Assembly: GCA_030706225.1 (NCBI GenBank)
Contig: JAUZOW010000001.1
Coordinates: 1 to 51,955 of the forward strand
Length of the DNA stretch: 51,955 nucleotides
Direction: 5' to 3'
Source of the DNA: Bacteroidota bacterium
GTDB taxonomy: Bacteria > Bacteroidota > Bacteroidia > Bacteroidales > FEN-979
Made by a program: the position numbers and the translations under genes. Numbering within the stretch: the first letter of the stretch is position 1; every line of letters starts with the position of its first letter. The notes under the pieces are model-generated. The model was not told the origin of the DNA. It did not search any database and saw only the letters and a list, made by a program, of their open reading frames with translations. Positions 7,955-16,228 of this stretch are shown one piece after another.

Positions 7955-10900
7955 ATGACTGATAATTACCTGAATATTATACTTAACGGGAATAATGTCA
8001 AAGGTATTCCGGGAGAGACCATCCTTGAGCTTTCCCGTCGTCATGGCATTGAGTTACCTACTTTGTGCAATGACGATCGGCTGGAGCCATTTTCTTCTTG
8101 TTTTTTATGCGTGGTTGAAGTGGAAAATCTGAAAGGGCATCAGCCCGCCTGCTCCACGATCATTACCGAAGGAATGAAGATTACGACCGACAGCGAAAGT
8201 ATACGGAAATCAAGGAAGATGGCCCTCGAGCTCCTTCTCAGCAACCATTATGCAGATTGCCTGGGACCTTGTACGCAGACCTGCCCGGCAGGTGTAGATG
8301 TCCAGGGATATATTTCATTGATTGAAAAGGGATTATACAATGATGCGGTCGCACTGATCAAGGAAACCAATCCTTTGCCTGCTGTCTGCGGCAGGGTATG
8401 TGTCCGGCCTTGTGAATTGGAATGCCGCCGGAATTTGCTGGATGATGATTTTCCCGTCGGAATCGATTACCTGAAACGATTTGTTGCTGATCGTGACCTG
8501 GAATCTCCGACAAAGTTTGTTCCTTCCGTGAAACCTTCAACCGGTAAAAAAGTTGCTGTCATCGGCGCAGGTCCCGGAGGACTTTCGGCTGCTTACTTTC
8601 TTCAGCTTGAAGGCCACAATGCCGATATCTATGAAGCTGCACCCAAATCGGGCGGATGGCTTCGCTATGGCATCCCGGAATACCGGCTGCCTAATGATAT
8701 TCTGGATAAAGAAGTAAAGAATATTACCGACCTCGGAGTCCGGATCTTTTATAACCGGAAACTGGGGGATAACCTGAGCTACCGCGAAATCAGGCAGGAA
8801 TATGATGCCACTATCCTGACTATTGGATCACAGAAGGGAACCGGAGTGGGCTGTGAAGGAGAGGATGCAGTGAATGTTTTTTCCGGGATCGACTTTCTCC
8901 GGAACATGGAAATGACAGGACAACGCCACGACTTTACCGGGAAAACCGTTGCGGTAATCGGTGGGGGAAATACCGCTATGGATTGCTGCCGGACAGCTGC
9001 CCGATGCAAAGCTGCAAAGGTGTATATAATATACCGGCGGACTGAAAAAGAGATGCCGGCGAATCCTATGGAGATCCATGAATCAAAGCAGGAAGGTGTG
9101 GAATATTTATTCCTTACCCTTCCTAAGAAAATTAATAAGAATGAAAAAGGGGAAGTATCCGGAATAACCTGTATCCGTATGATGCTTGGTGAACCGGATG
9201 CTTCCGGCAGACGTAGCCCGGTTCCGATCGAAGGATCTGATTTCGATATTCCGGTGGATTATATCCTGGCAGCCATCGGACAGAAAACCGATGTGAACTT
9301 TATTGACGATATCAATACTTATGCAGAAGAAGGGAAGCTGCAGATCAACCGGAAAGGTAATATTGAAGCAGATGGACAGACCCTGCAGACTGGCATTCCA
9401 TCGGTATTTGCAGCAGGGGATGGCGTAACCGGACCGGCAACAATCGTTGAAGCTATTGCCCAGGCAAGAATTGCTGCATTCAGTGCGAACCTTTTCCTGG
9501 CCGGTTTACCTGTTAAACCGTTGAATAAACCTTTTATCAGCCGGAAAGAAAATTTCCGCAAGCAGACAAAAGAAGATTATGCAGGCCGTTTTAAAAGCCA
9601 GCCCAGAGAAGAAATGCCTGTTATTCCTGCAGATTTGCGTAATAATTTCAGAGAAGTGGAATTGGGTTACACCGACAATGAAATTGCCAACCACGAAACG
9701 CTCCGCTGTCTGGAATGTGGCTGCTCTGCATTTTTCCATTGCGATCTGCAGAAATATGCTACGGAATACGGGGCCTTCCAGCGGAAGTTTGAAGGTGAGT
9801 TCAAAGAATTCCGAGTCGATTTCAGGCATCCTTTCATTGAAATAGATAACAATAAATGCATCCTTTGTGGCCGTTGTATCCGGATCTGCAGGGAAGTCGT
9901 GGGCGCTGATGCTCTGGGCTTCGTAAACCGTGGATTTGAAACGGTGGTGGTTCCCAGTATGGGCGATTCACTTCAGGATACTACCTGTGAATCCTGTGGA
10001 TTATGCATCTCCACCTGCCCGACAGGAGCCCTTACCGAAAATGTGGCTTTTAAGCCGGGACCTGTCATTACTGACGAGGCGAATGCCTTGTGTGATTATT
10101 GTTCCGTGGGGTGCTCACTGACACTTTTACATAAGAAGGGATTTGTTATGGGAGTGAAAGGCGCCAAAGGATTTGTCAACAGGGATGGAAATATTTGTCA
10201 GTACGCGAAATTCGGTTATCGTCACTTTAATGACCGAAGCCGGATTCTAAAGCCTCTCTTGAAAAAAGGTAATGAGCTTTTCGAAATTTCCTTTGAGGCA
10301 GCTTTTGACCTCATCCGGGATAAAATCCGGGAAGTCTCTCCTGATGAAAATGCTTTTTTTGCCGGAGCCAGGCTTTCTAACGAAGAGATGTATCTTGTTC
10401 AGAAGCTGGCAAGAGCCGGTGTGGGAACGAATAATACAGGCAGTTTCCATTATCTCGGCAGAAATGACGGATATCCGGAATTCTGGAGGAATAATGTACC
10501 CTTTGAAGAGCTTGGCGATGTAAAAAAAGTTTATTATATCGGCATTGAGATCAACCGCGATAATCCGGTTGCAGGCTATATGGTTCAACTTAACCGCTTC
10601 AGAAAAAATATTCCTGTTGTAATGGTTACAACCCACCGGGTAAATTCCATGTCGCACAAAACGGATGAAACAATCCTTATCAATTCCTATTATTATTTCA
10701 TCAAAGCAGTAATTCATTATCTGGTGTCCAACGGTCTTGAAAATAAATTATACCTTCATGACCTTGCACAGGGATGGGAAAAATACCGTGAAGAGCTTTT
10801 AAAGGAAAATTATGATGATCTTGTAAAAAGATCCGGAGTTTCAAACCCTTCTATAATCGGAAAATTCGCTGCAGAATATAATCTACAGCAGAATGCCGTG

Positions 10901-11680
10901 ATCTTTTTCTCCGAGAAAGAGATCTCCTCGGCGACGGGAAAAGAGTTGTTCAATCTGGCTATGATTACGGGTAAACATGGTAAGACGGGAAGTGGGATCA
11001 TCTGTTTGAAAGAAAAAAATAATTCCCAGGGGCTTTTTGATATGGGGGTTTTGCCGGAATTTGGAGTGGGATATCAGCCCATTTCTGATCCTGCTTTCCG
11101 GAATGCCCTGAAAGAGATTTGGAATCTTAAAGAGATCCCCGAAAAAACTAATGATCTTCTTGAACTTTTAAAACAGGGCAGTATCCGGAACCTTTTCATT
11201 TTTGGAGAAGATCCTGCCGGATGTTCGGTAAATGAAGAGGTGGCAGGCTGGTTGTCAAAGCCTCAATTTCTGGTCGTTCAGGATAATTTCATAACTCCGA
11301 CCGCTCAAATGGCCGACCTGATTCTACCGGGTTCTTTCCCTGAGGAATCTGGCGGAACATTTACCAATGCCCTGAGAGTGATCCAGGTAACCAATGCCCA
11401 TCTTCCACGGAGAATTGAATATTCCGGAACAGAGCAACTGGCGGCTATTCTTAATAAATTAGGGAAAGGAGGGCCAGTCCATGCAAATGAAATTTTCATG
11501 GAGATCATTTCCCTCCTACCCAAAAGCAGAGAACCTGAAAAACACTGTAATTGCGCTGAAGGTATTGTTCTGAGAGTGACTCACAGGGATGATCAGTACC
11601 GGATTTTTTCGTCAGGTTGTGATTTTATCCAGAAAAAATTTGAAGAAGACTTTGAACTTGCATTAAAAGTCAACCGGTAA
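7955..11680 (+). CDS. Fusion protein: plant-type 2Fe-2S ferredoxin domain + GltD-like (glutamate synthase small-subunit family) FAD/NAD(P)H oxidoreductase + NuoG/FdhA-like FeS domains + degenerate molybdopterin-oxidoreductase-like domain
   Basis: 1241 aa. Residues 5-80 have the 2Fe-2S Cys pattern. Residues ~100-515 carry CPAGVDVQGYI..NPLPAVCGRVCVRPCE.EC, VAVIGAGPGGLSAA and VAVIGGGNTAMDC (GltD-like). Residues ~585-700 carry CILCGRCIRIC and CESCGLCISTCP. Residues ~713-750 carry CDYCSVGCSL..NICQYAKFG (Mo/W-bisPGD-type 4Fe-4S). The region equivalent to the FDH active-site Cys/Sec-His reads GTNNTGSFHYLG, with no Cys. No C-terminal molybdopterin-dinucleotide-binding barrel is evident. Confidence 0.8.
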   Translation: MTDNYLNIILNGNNVKGIPGETILELSRRHGIELPTLCNDDRLEPFSSCFLCVVEVENLKGHQPACSTIITEGMKITTDSESIRKSRKMALELLLSNHYADCLGPCTQTCPAGVDVQGYISLIEKGLYNDAVALIKETNPLPAVCGRVCVRPCELECRRNLLDDDFPVGIDYLKRFVADRDLESPTKFVPSVKPSTGKKVAVIGAGPGGLSAAYFLQLEGHNADIYEAAPKSGGWLRYGIPEYRLPNDILDKEVKNITDLGVRIFYNRKLGDNLSYREIRQEYDATILTIGSQKGTGVGCEGEDAVNVFSGIDFLRNMEMTGQRHDFTGKTVAVIGGGNTAMDCCRTAARCKAAKVYIIYRRTEKEMPANPMEIHESKQEGVEYLFLTLPKKINKNEKGEVSGITCIRMMLGEPDASGRRSPVPIEGSDFDIPVDYILAAIGQKTDVNFIDDINTYAEEGKLQINRKGNIEADGQTLQTGIPSVFAAGDGVTGPATIVEAIAQARIAAFSANLFLAGLPVKPLNKPFISRKENFRKQTKEDYAGRFKSQPREEMPVIPADLRNNFREVELGYTDNEIANHETLRCLECGCSAFFHCDLQKYATEYGAFQRKFEGEFKEFRVDFRHPFIEIDNNKCILCGRCIRICREVVGADALGFVNRGFETVVVPSMGDSLQDTTCESCGLCISTCPTGALTENVAFKPGPVITDEANALCDYCSVGCSLTLLHKKGFVMGVKGAKGFVNRDGNICQYAKFGYRHFNDRSRILKPLLKKGNELFEISFEAAFDLIRDKIREVSPDENAFFAGARLSNEEMYLVQKLARAGVGTNNTGSFHYLGRNDGYPEFWRNNVPFEELGDVKKVYYIGIEINRDNPVAGYMVQLNRFRKNIPVVMVTTHRVNSMSHKTDETILINSYYYFIKAVIHYLVSNGLENKLYLHDLAQGWEKYREELLKENYDDLVKRSGVSNPSIIGKFAAEYNLQQNAVIFFSEKEISSATGKELFNLAMITGKHGKTGSGIICLKEKNNSQGLFDMGVLPEFGVGYQPISDPAFRNALKEIWNLKEIPEKTNDLLELLKQGSIRNLFIFGEDPAGCSVNEEVAGWLSKPQFLVVQDNFITPTAQMADLILPGSFPEESGGTFTNALRVIQVTNAHLPRRIEYSGTEQLAAILNKLGKGGPVHANEIFMEIISLLPKSREPEKHCNCAEGIVLRVTHRDDQYRIFSSGCDFIQKKFEEDFELALKVNR

Positions 11681-11701
11681 ATGTAACTTTACTGAAGTAA
11701 A

Positions 11702-14680
11702 ATGTTAAGCCGGAAAAATATACTGGATCCCAAGAAGTATTACTTTATTGACACTTCTTTCAATCTGCTGATGAAGCAGCGCATTTACCAGGTGCTGCTG
11801 ATTTCCAGTACATATGATTCATTTATGCTGGAAGAAGACGGAAGAATCGATGAAGTGATCTTTTTGGAATATGTTTCATTGAATCTGCGTTATCCTCCGC
11901 AATTCATTAAGGTGACTTCAGAAAAGGAGGCATTTGAAGTGCTGGAGGATAAGCGAATCGAACTGGTCATCTCAATGCTGAATATCGAAAATACGGACAC
12001 TTTCGATATTGCTTTGAAGATTAAGAAGAAATTTCCCCGTATCCCCATTGTCGTTCTGACTCCTTTTTCCAGGGAAGTAAACATGAAGCTCCGGGAACGG
12101 AATCTGTCTGCCATCGATTATGTTTTCAGCTGGCTTGGAAATGCCGATATTCTGATGGCCATTGTCAAGCTTATTGAAGACCGGATGAATATCGACCAGG
12201 ACATAGGTCAGGGAGTACAGGCGGTCATGCTGGTGGAGGACAGCATCCGGTTTTATTCAAGCTATCTTCCGAATATCTATAAGATCATTTACAGGCAGTC
12301 AAAAGGTTTTATCACTGAAGGGCTGAATGAGCATCAGAAGATGCTCCGGATGCGGGGGCGTCCAAAAATTCTTTTGGCGACAAGCTATGAAGAAGCCGTC
12401 AATATGTTCGGGAAATACAAAAACAACCTGCTTGGGATTATTTCGGATATCAGCTTTACGAAAAACGGGGTTACTGATAAAACAGCAGGTGTTCAATTTG
12501 TCAGGACTGTAAAGGAAGAAGATAATTTCATGCCTATCCTTTTACAATCGGCCGATTCGGAGAATGAAGCGATTGCCAAAGAGTTGGGGGTGGGATTCAT
12601 CAATAAGACATCCAAAACACTATCGATCGAATTACGGAATTATATCAATGAATACTTCTTTTTCGGGGATTTTGTCTTCATAGATCCAAAGACGGGCCGG
12701 GAAATTACGCGGGCTGCAGACCTGAAAACTCTTCAGGAAAAAATATTTGAAATTCCGGATGACTCCCTTTTGTATCATATGCAACGGAATCATTTTTCGA
12801 AATGGCTGAATGCCAGAGCTTTATTCCCTATTGCCGAAATGTTCAGAGAAGTATCGGTGTCAGAATTTGCAGATGTGGATGAAGCGAAGCGATACATATT
12901 CGATTCCATTACAGCCTTCCGGATTAACAAAGCTCGGGGAGTCATTGCTGATTTCGACCGGGAGAAGTATGACGAATACCTTCAGTTTGCCCGTATTGGT
13001 CAGGGATCCATCGGGGGAAAAGCACGGGGACTGGCTTTTCTTGATTCTCTCGTCAAGAGAAACCGGCTGGGTGAAAAGTTTCAGGATATTATCCTTTCAA
13101 TTCCCCGTACTGTCGTTATTGGAACCGACATCTTCGATGAGTTCATGGAAGACAACAAACTTTATGAAATTGCACTTTCCGACCGAAGTGATAAAGATAT
13201 CCTGGCTCATTTTATAAAAGCCCGTCTTCCCTTTACCATTCACGAGGATCTTTATGCTTTTGTCAACTGCATCAATTCACCGATTGCCATTCGTTCTTCG
13301 AGCCTGCTGGAGGATTCCCATTACCAGCCGTTTGCCGGGATTTATTCCACTTACATGATCCCCAATGTAAAATTCAATGAAAGGATCATGATTGAAAAAT
13401 TAAGCGAAGCTATTAAAAGTGTGTATGCTTCTGCTTTTTTCAGAGACAGTAAATCTTATATGGCTGCTACCCTCAACGTGATTGATGAAGAAAAAATGGG
13501 AATTGTGCTTCAGGAAGTAACGGGGAGACAATATGGCCCACGCTATTATCCTGCAATTTCAGGTGTGGCAAGGTCTATTAATTTTTACCCGATATCTCCG
13601 GAAAAACCGGAAGACGGGATTGCTAATATAGCTTTCGGGTTAGGTAAATATATCGTGGATGGTGGAGTCGGAATAAGATTTTCACCCCGTTATCCTAAAA
13701 AGATCCTTCAGCTTTCAACACCTGATCTTGCTTTAAGCGAAACACAAAAAACCTTTTATGCCCTGGACCTGGATGCTGATCATTTTGTGCCGAATATCGA
13801 TGAAACCGTCAATCTTCTGAAATTAAAGATTAAAGATGGAGAAGAAGATTCTGCTTTGCGTCTGATAGCCTCCACCTTTGATTACGACAGCAATCAGCTT
13901 CGCGATGGTACCCTGATGCCGGGTAAACGGATCGTCACTTTCTCCCAGATATTGAACCATGGCACATTCCCGTTAGCAGAGATTTTGCAAATGGTTTTGG
14001 AGATAGGGCAGAAGGAGATGGGTAAACCTGTTGAGATAGAGTTTGCGGTGAACCTGGATCTTCCACCCGGTGACCCCCGTGTATTTTCCCTGTTGCAGAT
14101 CCGCCCGATTGCCGGGAGAAACGATACAGTTGATCTCAATGAGGATGAAATCGTTCCGGATGAGGCCATTGTTCTGTCAAAATCAGCTCTTGGAAACGGA
14201 ATCATCAAAGATGTTCATGATTTTGTTTATATCCGTCCGGATTCCTTTTCCGCGGCAAAAAGTCCGGAAATAGCGCGGAGACTTGAAAATCTCAATGACA
14301 GGTTGAAGAATGAAAAGCGGGGTTATGTGCTTGTCGGGCCGGGAAGATGGGGTTCCAGTGATCCATGGCTGGGTATCCCGGTGAAATGGCCGCAGATCTC
14401 AGGCGCTCGTGTCATTGTCGAATCCGGATTGTCTACTTACCGGATCGATCCGAGCCAGGGTACTCATTTCTTCCAGAATCTTACCTCATTCCACGTCGGT
14501 TACTTTACCGTTAATCCTTACATTAACGAAGGAAAATATGATCTTGATTTTCTGAATTCCGTACCTGCTGAATTCGAAGATGAATTCATCCGGCAGATAC
14601 ATTTTGAAAAGCCCGTCCAAATTATCATTGACGGGAAAAAAGGAATTGGCCTGATCTATAAGCCGGGTGTTATCAGATAG
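11702..14680 (+). CDS. Paralog of the 1674-5549 product lacking the two N-terminal sensory modules: pseudo-receiver + receiver + PPDK_N-like ATP-grasp + conserved C-terminal module
   Basis: 992 aa, collinear with residues ~300-1291 of the first protein. Shared blocks: LLISSTYDSF/LLVANLYDAY, MLVEDS/LLVEDD, IISDISF/LISDVKF, GGKARGLAF/GGKGRGLAF, IRSSSLLEDS/IRSSGLFEDS, VEIEFAV, LLQIRP/LLQIKP, GPGRWG, WPQIS, GTHFFQN/GSHFFHN. Confidence 0.8.
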   Translation: MLSRKNILDPKKYYFIDTSFNLLMKQRIYQVLLISSTYDSFMLEEDGRIDEVIFLEYVSLNLRYPPQFIKVTSEKEAFEVLEDKRIELVISMLNIENTDTFDIALKIKKKFPRIPIVVLTPFSREVNMKLRERNLSAIDYVFSWLGNADILMAIVKLIEDRMNIDQDIGQGVQAVMLVEDSIRFYSSYLPNIYKIIYRQSKGFITEGLNEHQKMLRMRGRPKILLATSYEEAVNMFGKYKNNLLGIISDISFTKNGVTDKTAGVQFVRTVKEEDNFMPILLQSADSENEAIAKELGVGFINKTSKTLSIELRNYINEYFFFGDFVFIDPKTGREITRAADLKTLQEKIFEIPDDSLLYHMQRNHFSKWLNARALFPIAEMFREVSVSEFADVDEAKRYIFDSITAFRINKARGVIADFDREKYDEYLQFARIGQGSIGGKARGLAFLDSLVKRNRLGEKFQDIILSIPRTVVIGTDIFDEFMEDNKLYEIALSDRSDKDILAHFIKARLPFTIHEDLYAFVNCINSPIAIRSSSLLEDSHYQPFAGIYSTYMIPNVKFNERIMIEKLSEAIKSVYASAFFRDSKSYMAATLNVIDEEKMGIVLQEVTGRQYGPRYYPAISGVARSINFYPISPEKPEDGIANIAFGLGKYIVDGGVGIRFSPRYPKKILQLSTPDLALSETQKTFYALDLDADHFVPNIDETVNLLKLKIKDGEEDSALRLIASTFDYDSNQLRDGTLMPGKRIVTFSQILNHGTFPLAEILQMVLEIGQKEMGKPVEIEFAVNLDLPPGDPRVFSLLQIRPIAGRNDTVDLNEDEIVPDEAIVLSKSALGNGIIKDVHDFVYIRPDSFSAAKSPEIARRLENLNDRLKNEKRGYVLVGPGRWGSSDPWLGIPVKWPQISGARVIVESGLSTYRIDPSQGTHFFQNLTSFHVGYFTVNPYINEGKYDLDFLNSVPAEFEDEFIRQIHFEKPVQIIIDGKKGIGLIYKPGVIR

Positions 14681-15395
14681 AGTAGTCGCGGTTATCCTGG
14701 ATGACCATCTGCATTGAATTCAGTTCAAGCGCTACAAGGTTTCCGAAGCCATCTTTTCCACGGATATATGTTCCGTTATCCAGGTCGATATAAGGATAAT
14801 TCGGGTTTGTTACAGCGAAATGAATCAGTTCCAGGTGAACAGGTACATGCCCGTGAATAATCCTGCGATTACCGATTTTTTCAGGCTTGATGTTATAATC
14901 TCTTACCCAGAGCATGGAACTCTGGTCGGAAAAAGGATCATCCAGTGAAAAATTAAGCCCTGCATGAACAAGTACATAATCATCCAGGCTTGCAAAGCAG
15001 GGCAGCCCTTTCATCCATTCAATATATTCTGCGGGAATATCCTGAATATTCTTCACTCCGAAGCTTTCAAGCGTTTTCCTGCCACCGATATTCATCCATT
15101 CATTTAACTGAGGATTCATAAAGCGGGGAAGCAACCGGGACATGGATGAATGTCGCAAATTGAAAATTTCTGAAATAAAATCTTCGTGATTCCCTTTCAG
15201 GGCGACAATTTTGTACTGATCTTTCTGAAGATTCCGGATATAATCAATAACACCGCGTGAACCGGGCCCGCGGTCAATATAATCGCCGAGAAAGAATAGT
15301 TCATCCTCGTGTGCCGGGCATATCTTTTCTTCCATCAGGGCTTTCAGAGTGTTTATACACCCGTGAATGTCCGGTATGACCCAGCGTTTATGCAT
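14673..15395 (-). CDS. PPP-family metallophosphoesterase (Ser/Thr protein phosphatase / ApaH-like)
   Basis: 240 aa. It carries IPDIHGC, GDYIDRGP and GNHED metallophosphatase motifs plus a downstream GH motif (IIHGHVP). It starts 9 bp downstream of gpmA on the same strand. Confidence 0.8.
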   Translation of the reverse strand: MHKRWVIPDIHGCINTLKALMEEKICPAHEDELFFLGDYIDRGPGSRGVIDYIRNLQKDQYKIVALKGNHEDFISEIFNLRHSSMSRLLPRFMNPQLNEWMNIGGRKTLESFGVKNIQDIPAEYIEWMKGLPCFASLDDYVLVHAGLNFSLDDPFSDQSSMLWVRDYNIKPEKIGNRRIIHGHVPVHLELIHFAVTNPNYPYIDLDNGTYIRGKDGFGNLVALELNSMQMVIQDNRDYSI

Positions 15396-15404
15396 AAAAG
15401 ATGG

Positions 15405-16151
15405 TCACTTTCTTTTTGCCTGGTTGGCAACTTCTTCCATCAATTTCCTGATGACTTCCGGATCGCCCAGAAAATAATCTTTCTGGAGATTCAGATCATC
15501 ATCAAATTCAAAAACATAAGGAATTCCGGTCGGGAGGTTTAACCCGACAATTTCTTCATCCGAGATGTTTTTCAGGTATTTGACAATGCCTCTCAGGCTG
15601 TTGCCATGGGCAGCTACCAGTACTTCCTTATATTTCTTAAGATTCCCTGCCATTTCATTCTGCCAATAAGGAACAATTCTGGCAACAGTTTCTTTCAGAC
15701 TTTCCGTTGCAGGAATATCGGCAGGATCAAGATTTTTATAGCGAGGGTCAAATCTGGGGTGACGAGGATCATCATTTGGAAGAGCTGGAGGTGGAACGTC
15801 ATAGCTGCGGCGCCAGATATGTACTTGCGCATCGCCGTATTTTTCAGCCATTTCCGATTTATTCAACCCCTGTAAGGTACCGTAATGCTTTTCATTAAGC
15901 CGCCAGGATTTGTAAACAGGAATCCACAGCAGGTCCATCTGTTCAAGGGTCAGCCAAAGTGTGCGGATAGCCCGGGTTAAATAAGAAGTATATGCAATCT
16001 TAAACTGAAATCCTTCTTTTTTCAATGTCTTTCCTGCTTCAGTCGCTTCGCGGATCCCACGTTCCGAAAGATCCACATCCGTCCATCCGGTAAAGCGGTT
16101 TTCCTTATTCCATTCACTTTCTCCGTGACGCAATAATACCAAACGGTTCAT
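15405..16151 (-). CDS. gpmA: 2,3-bisphosphoglycerate-dependent phosphoglycerate mutase
   Basis: 248 aa. It has the [29 protein letters not shown] catalytic-His motif and a full-length dPGM pattern including AAHGNSLRG. Confidence 0.95.
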   Translation of the reverse strand: MNRLVLLRHGESEWNKENRFTGWTDVDLSERGIREATEAGKTLKKEGFQFKIAYTSYLTRAIRTLWLTLEQMDLLWIPVYKSWRLNEKHYGTLQGLNKSEMAEKYGDAQVHIWRRSYDVPPPALPNDDPRHPRFDPRYKNLDPADIPATESLKETVARIVPYWQNEMAGNLKKYKEVLVAAHGNSLRGIVKYLKNISDEEIVGLNLPTGIPYVFEFDDDLNLQKDYFLGDPEVIRKLMEEVANQAKRK

Positions 16152-16198
16152 AATGTTTCAGATTGATGTGTATTGCGCAAAAATACTGTTTTTTTTAA

Positions 16199-16206
16199 TA
16201 CCTTTG
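16199..16206 (+). promoter_or_regulatory. Candidate Bacteroidota -7 box TACCTTTG
   Basis: Matches TAnnTTTG 22 nt upstream of the ATG at 16229. The identical box and spacing occur before the ORF at 39185. Confidence 0.35.
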
Positions 16207-16228
16207 CCCGCAACCTCAACACTGCAAC

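Noticed and set aside
7955-11680. Calling the 1241-aa protein a formate dehydrogenase alpha subunit or an [FeFe]-hydrogenase HydA
   Set aside because: No H-cluster motifs are present. The FDH active-site Cys/Sec-His position is replaced (GSFHYLG), and no C-terminal pterin-dinucleotide-binding barrel is visible. Only the FeS and scaffold parts are FdhA/NuoG-like.
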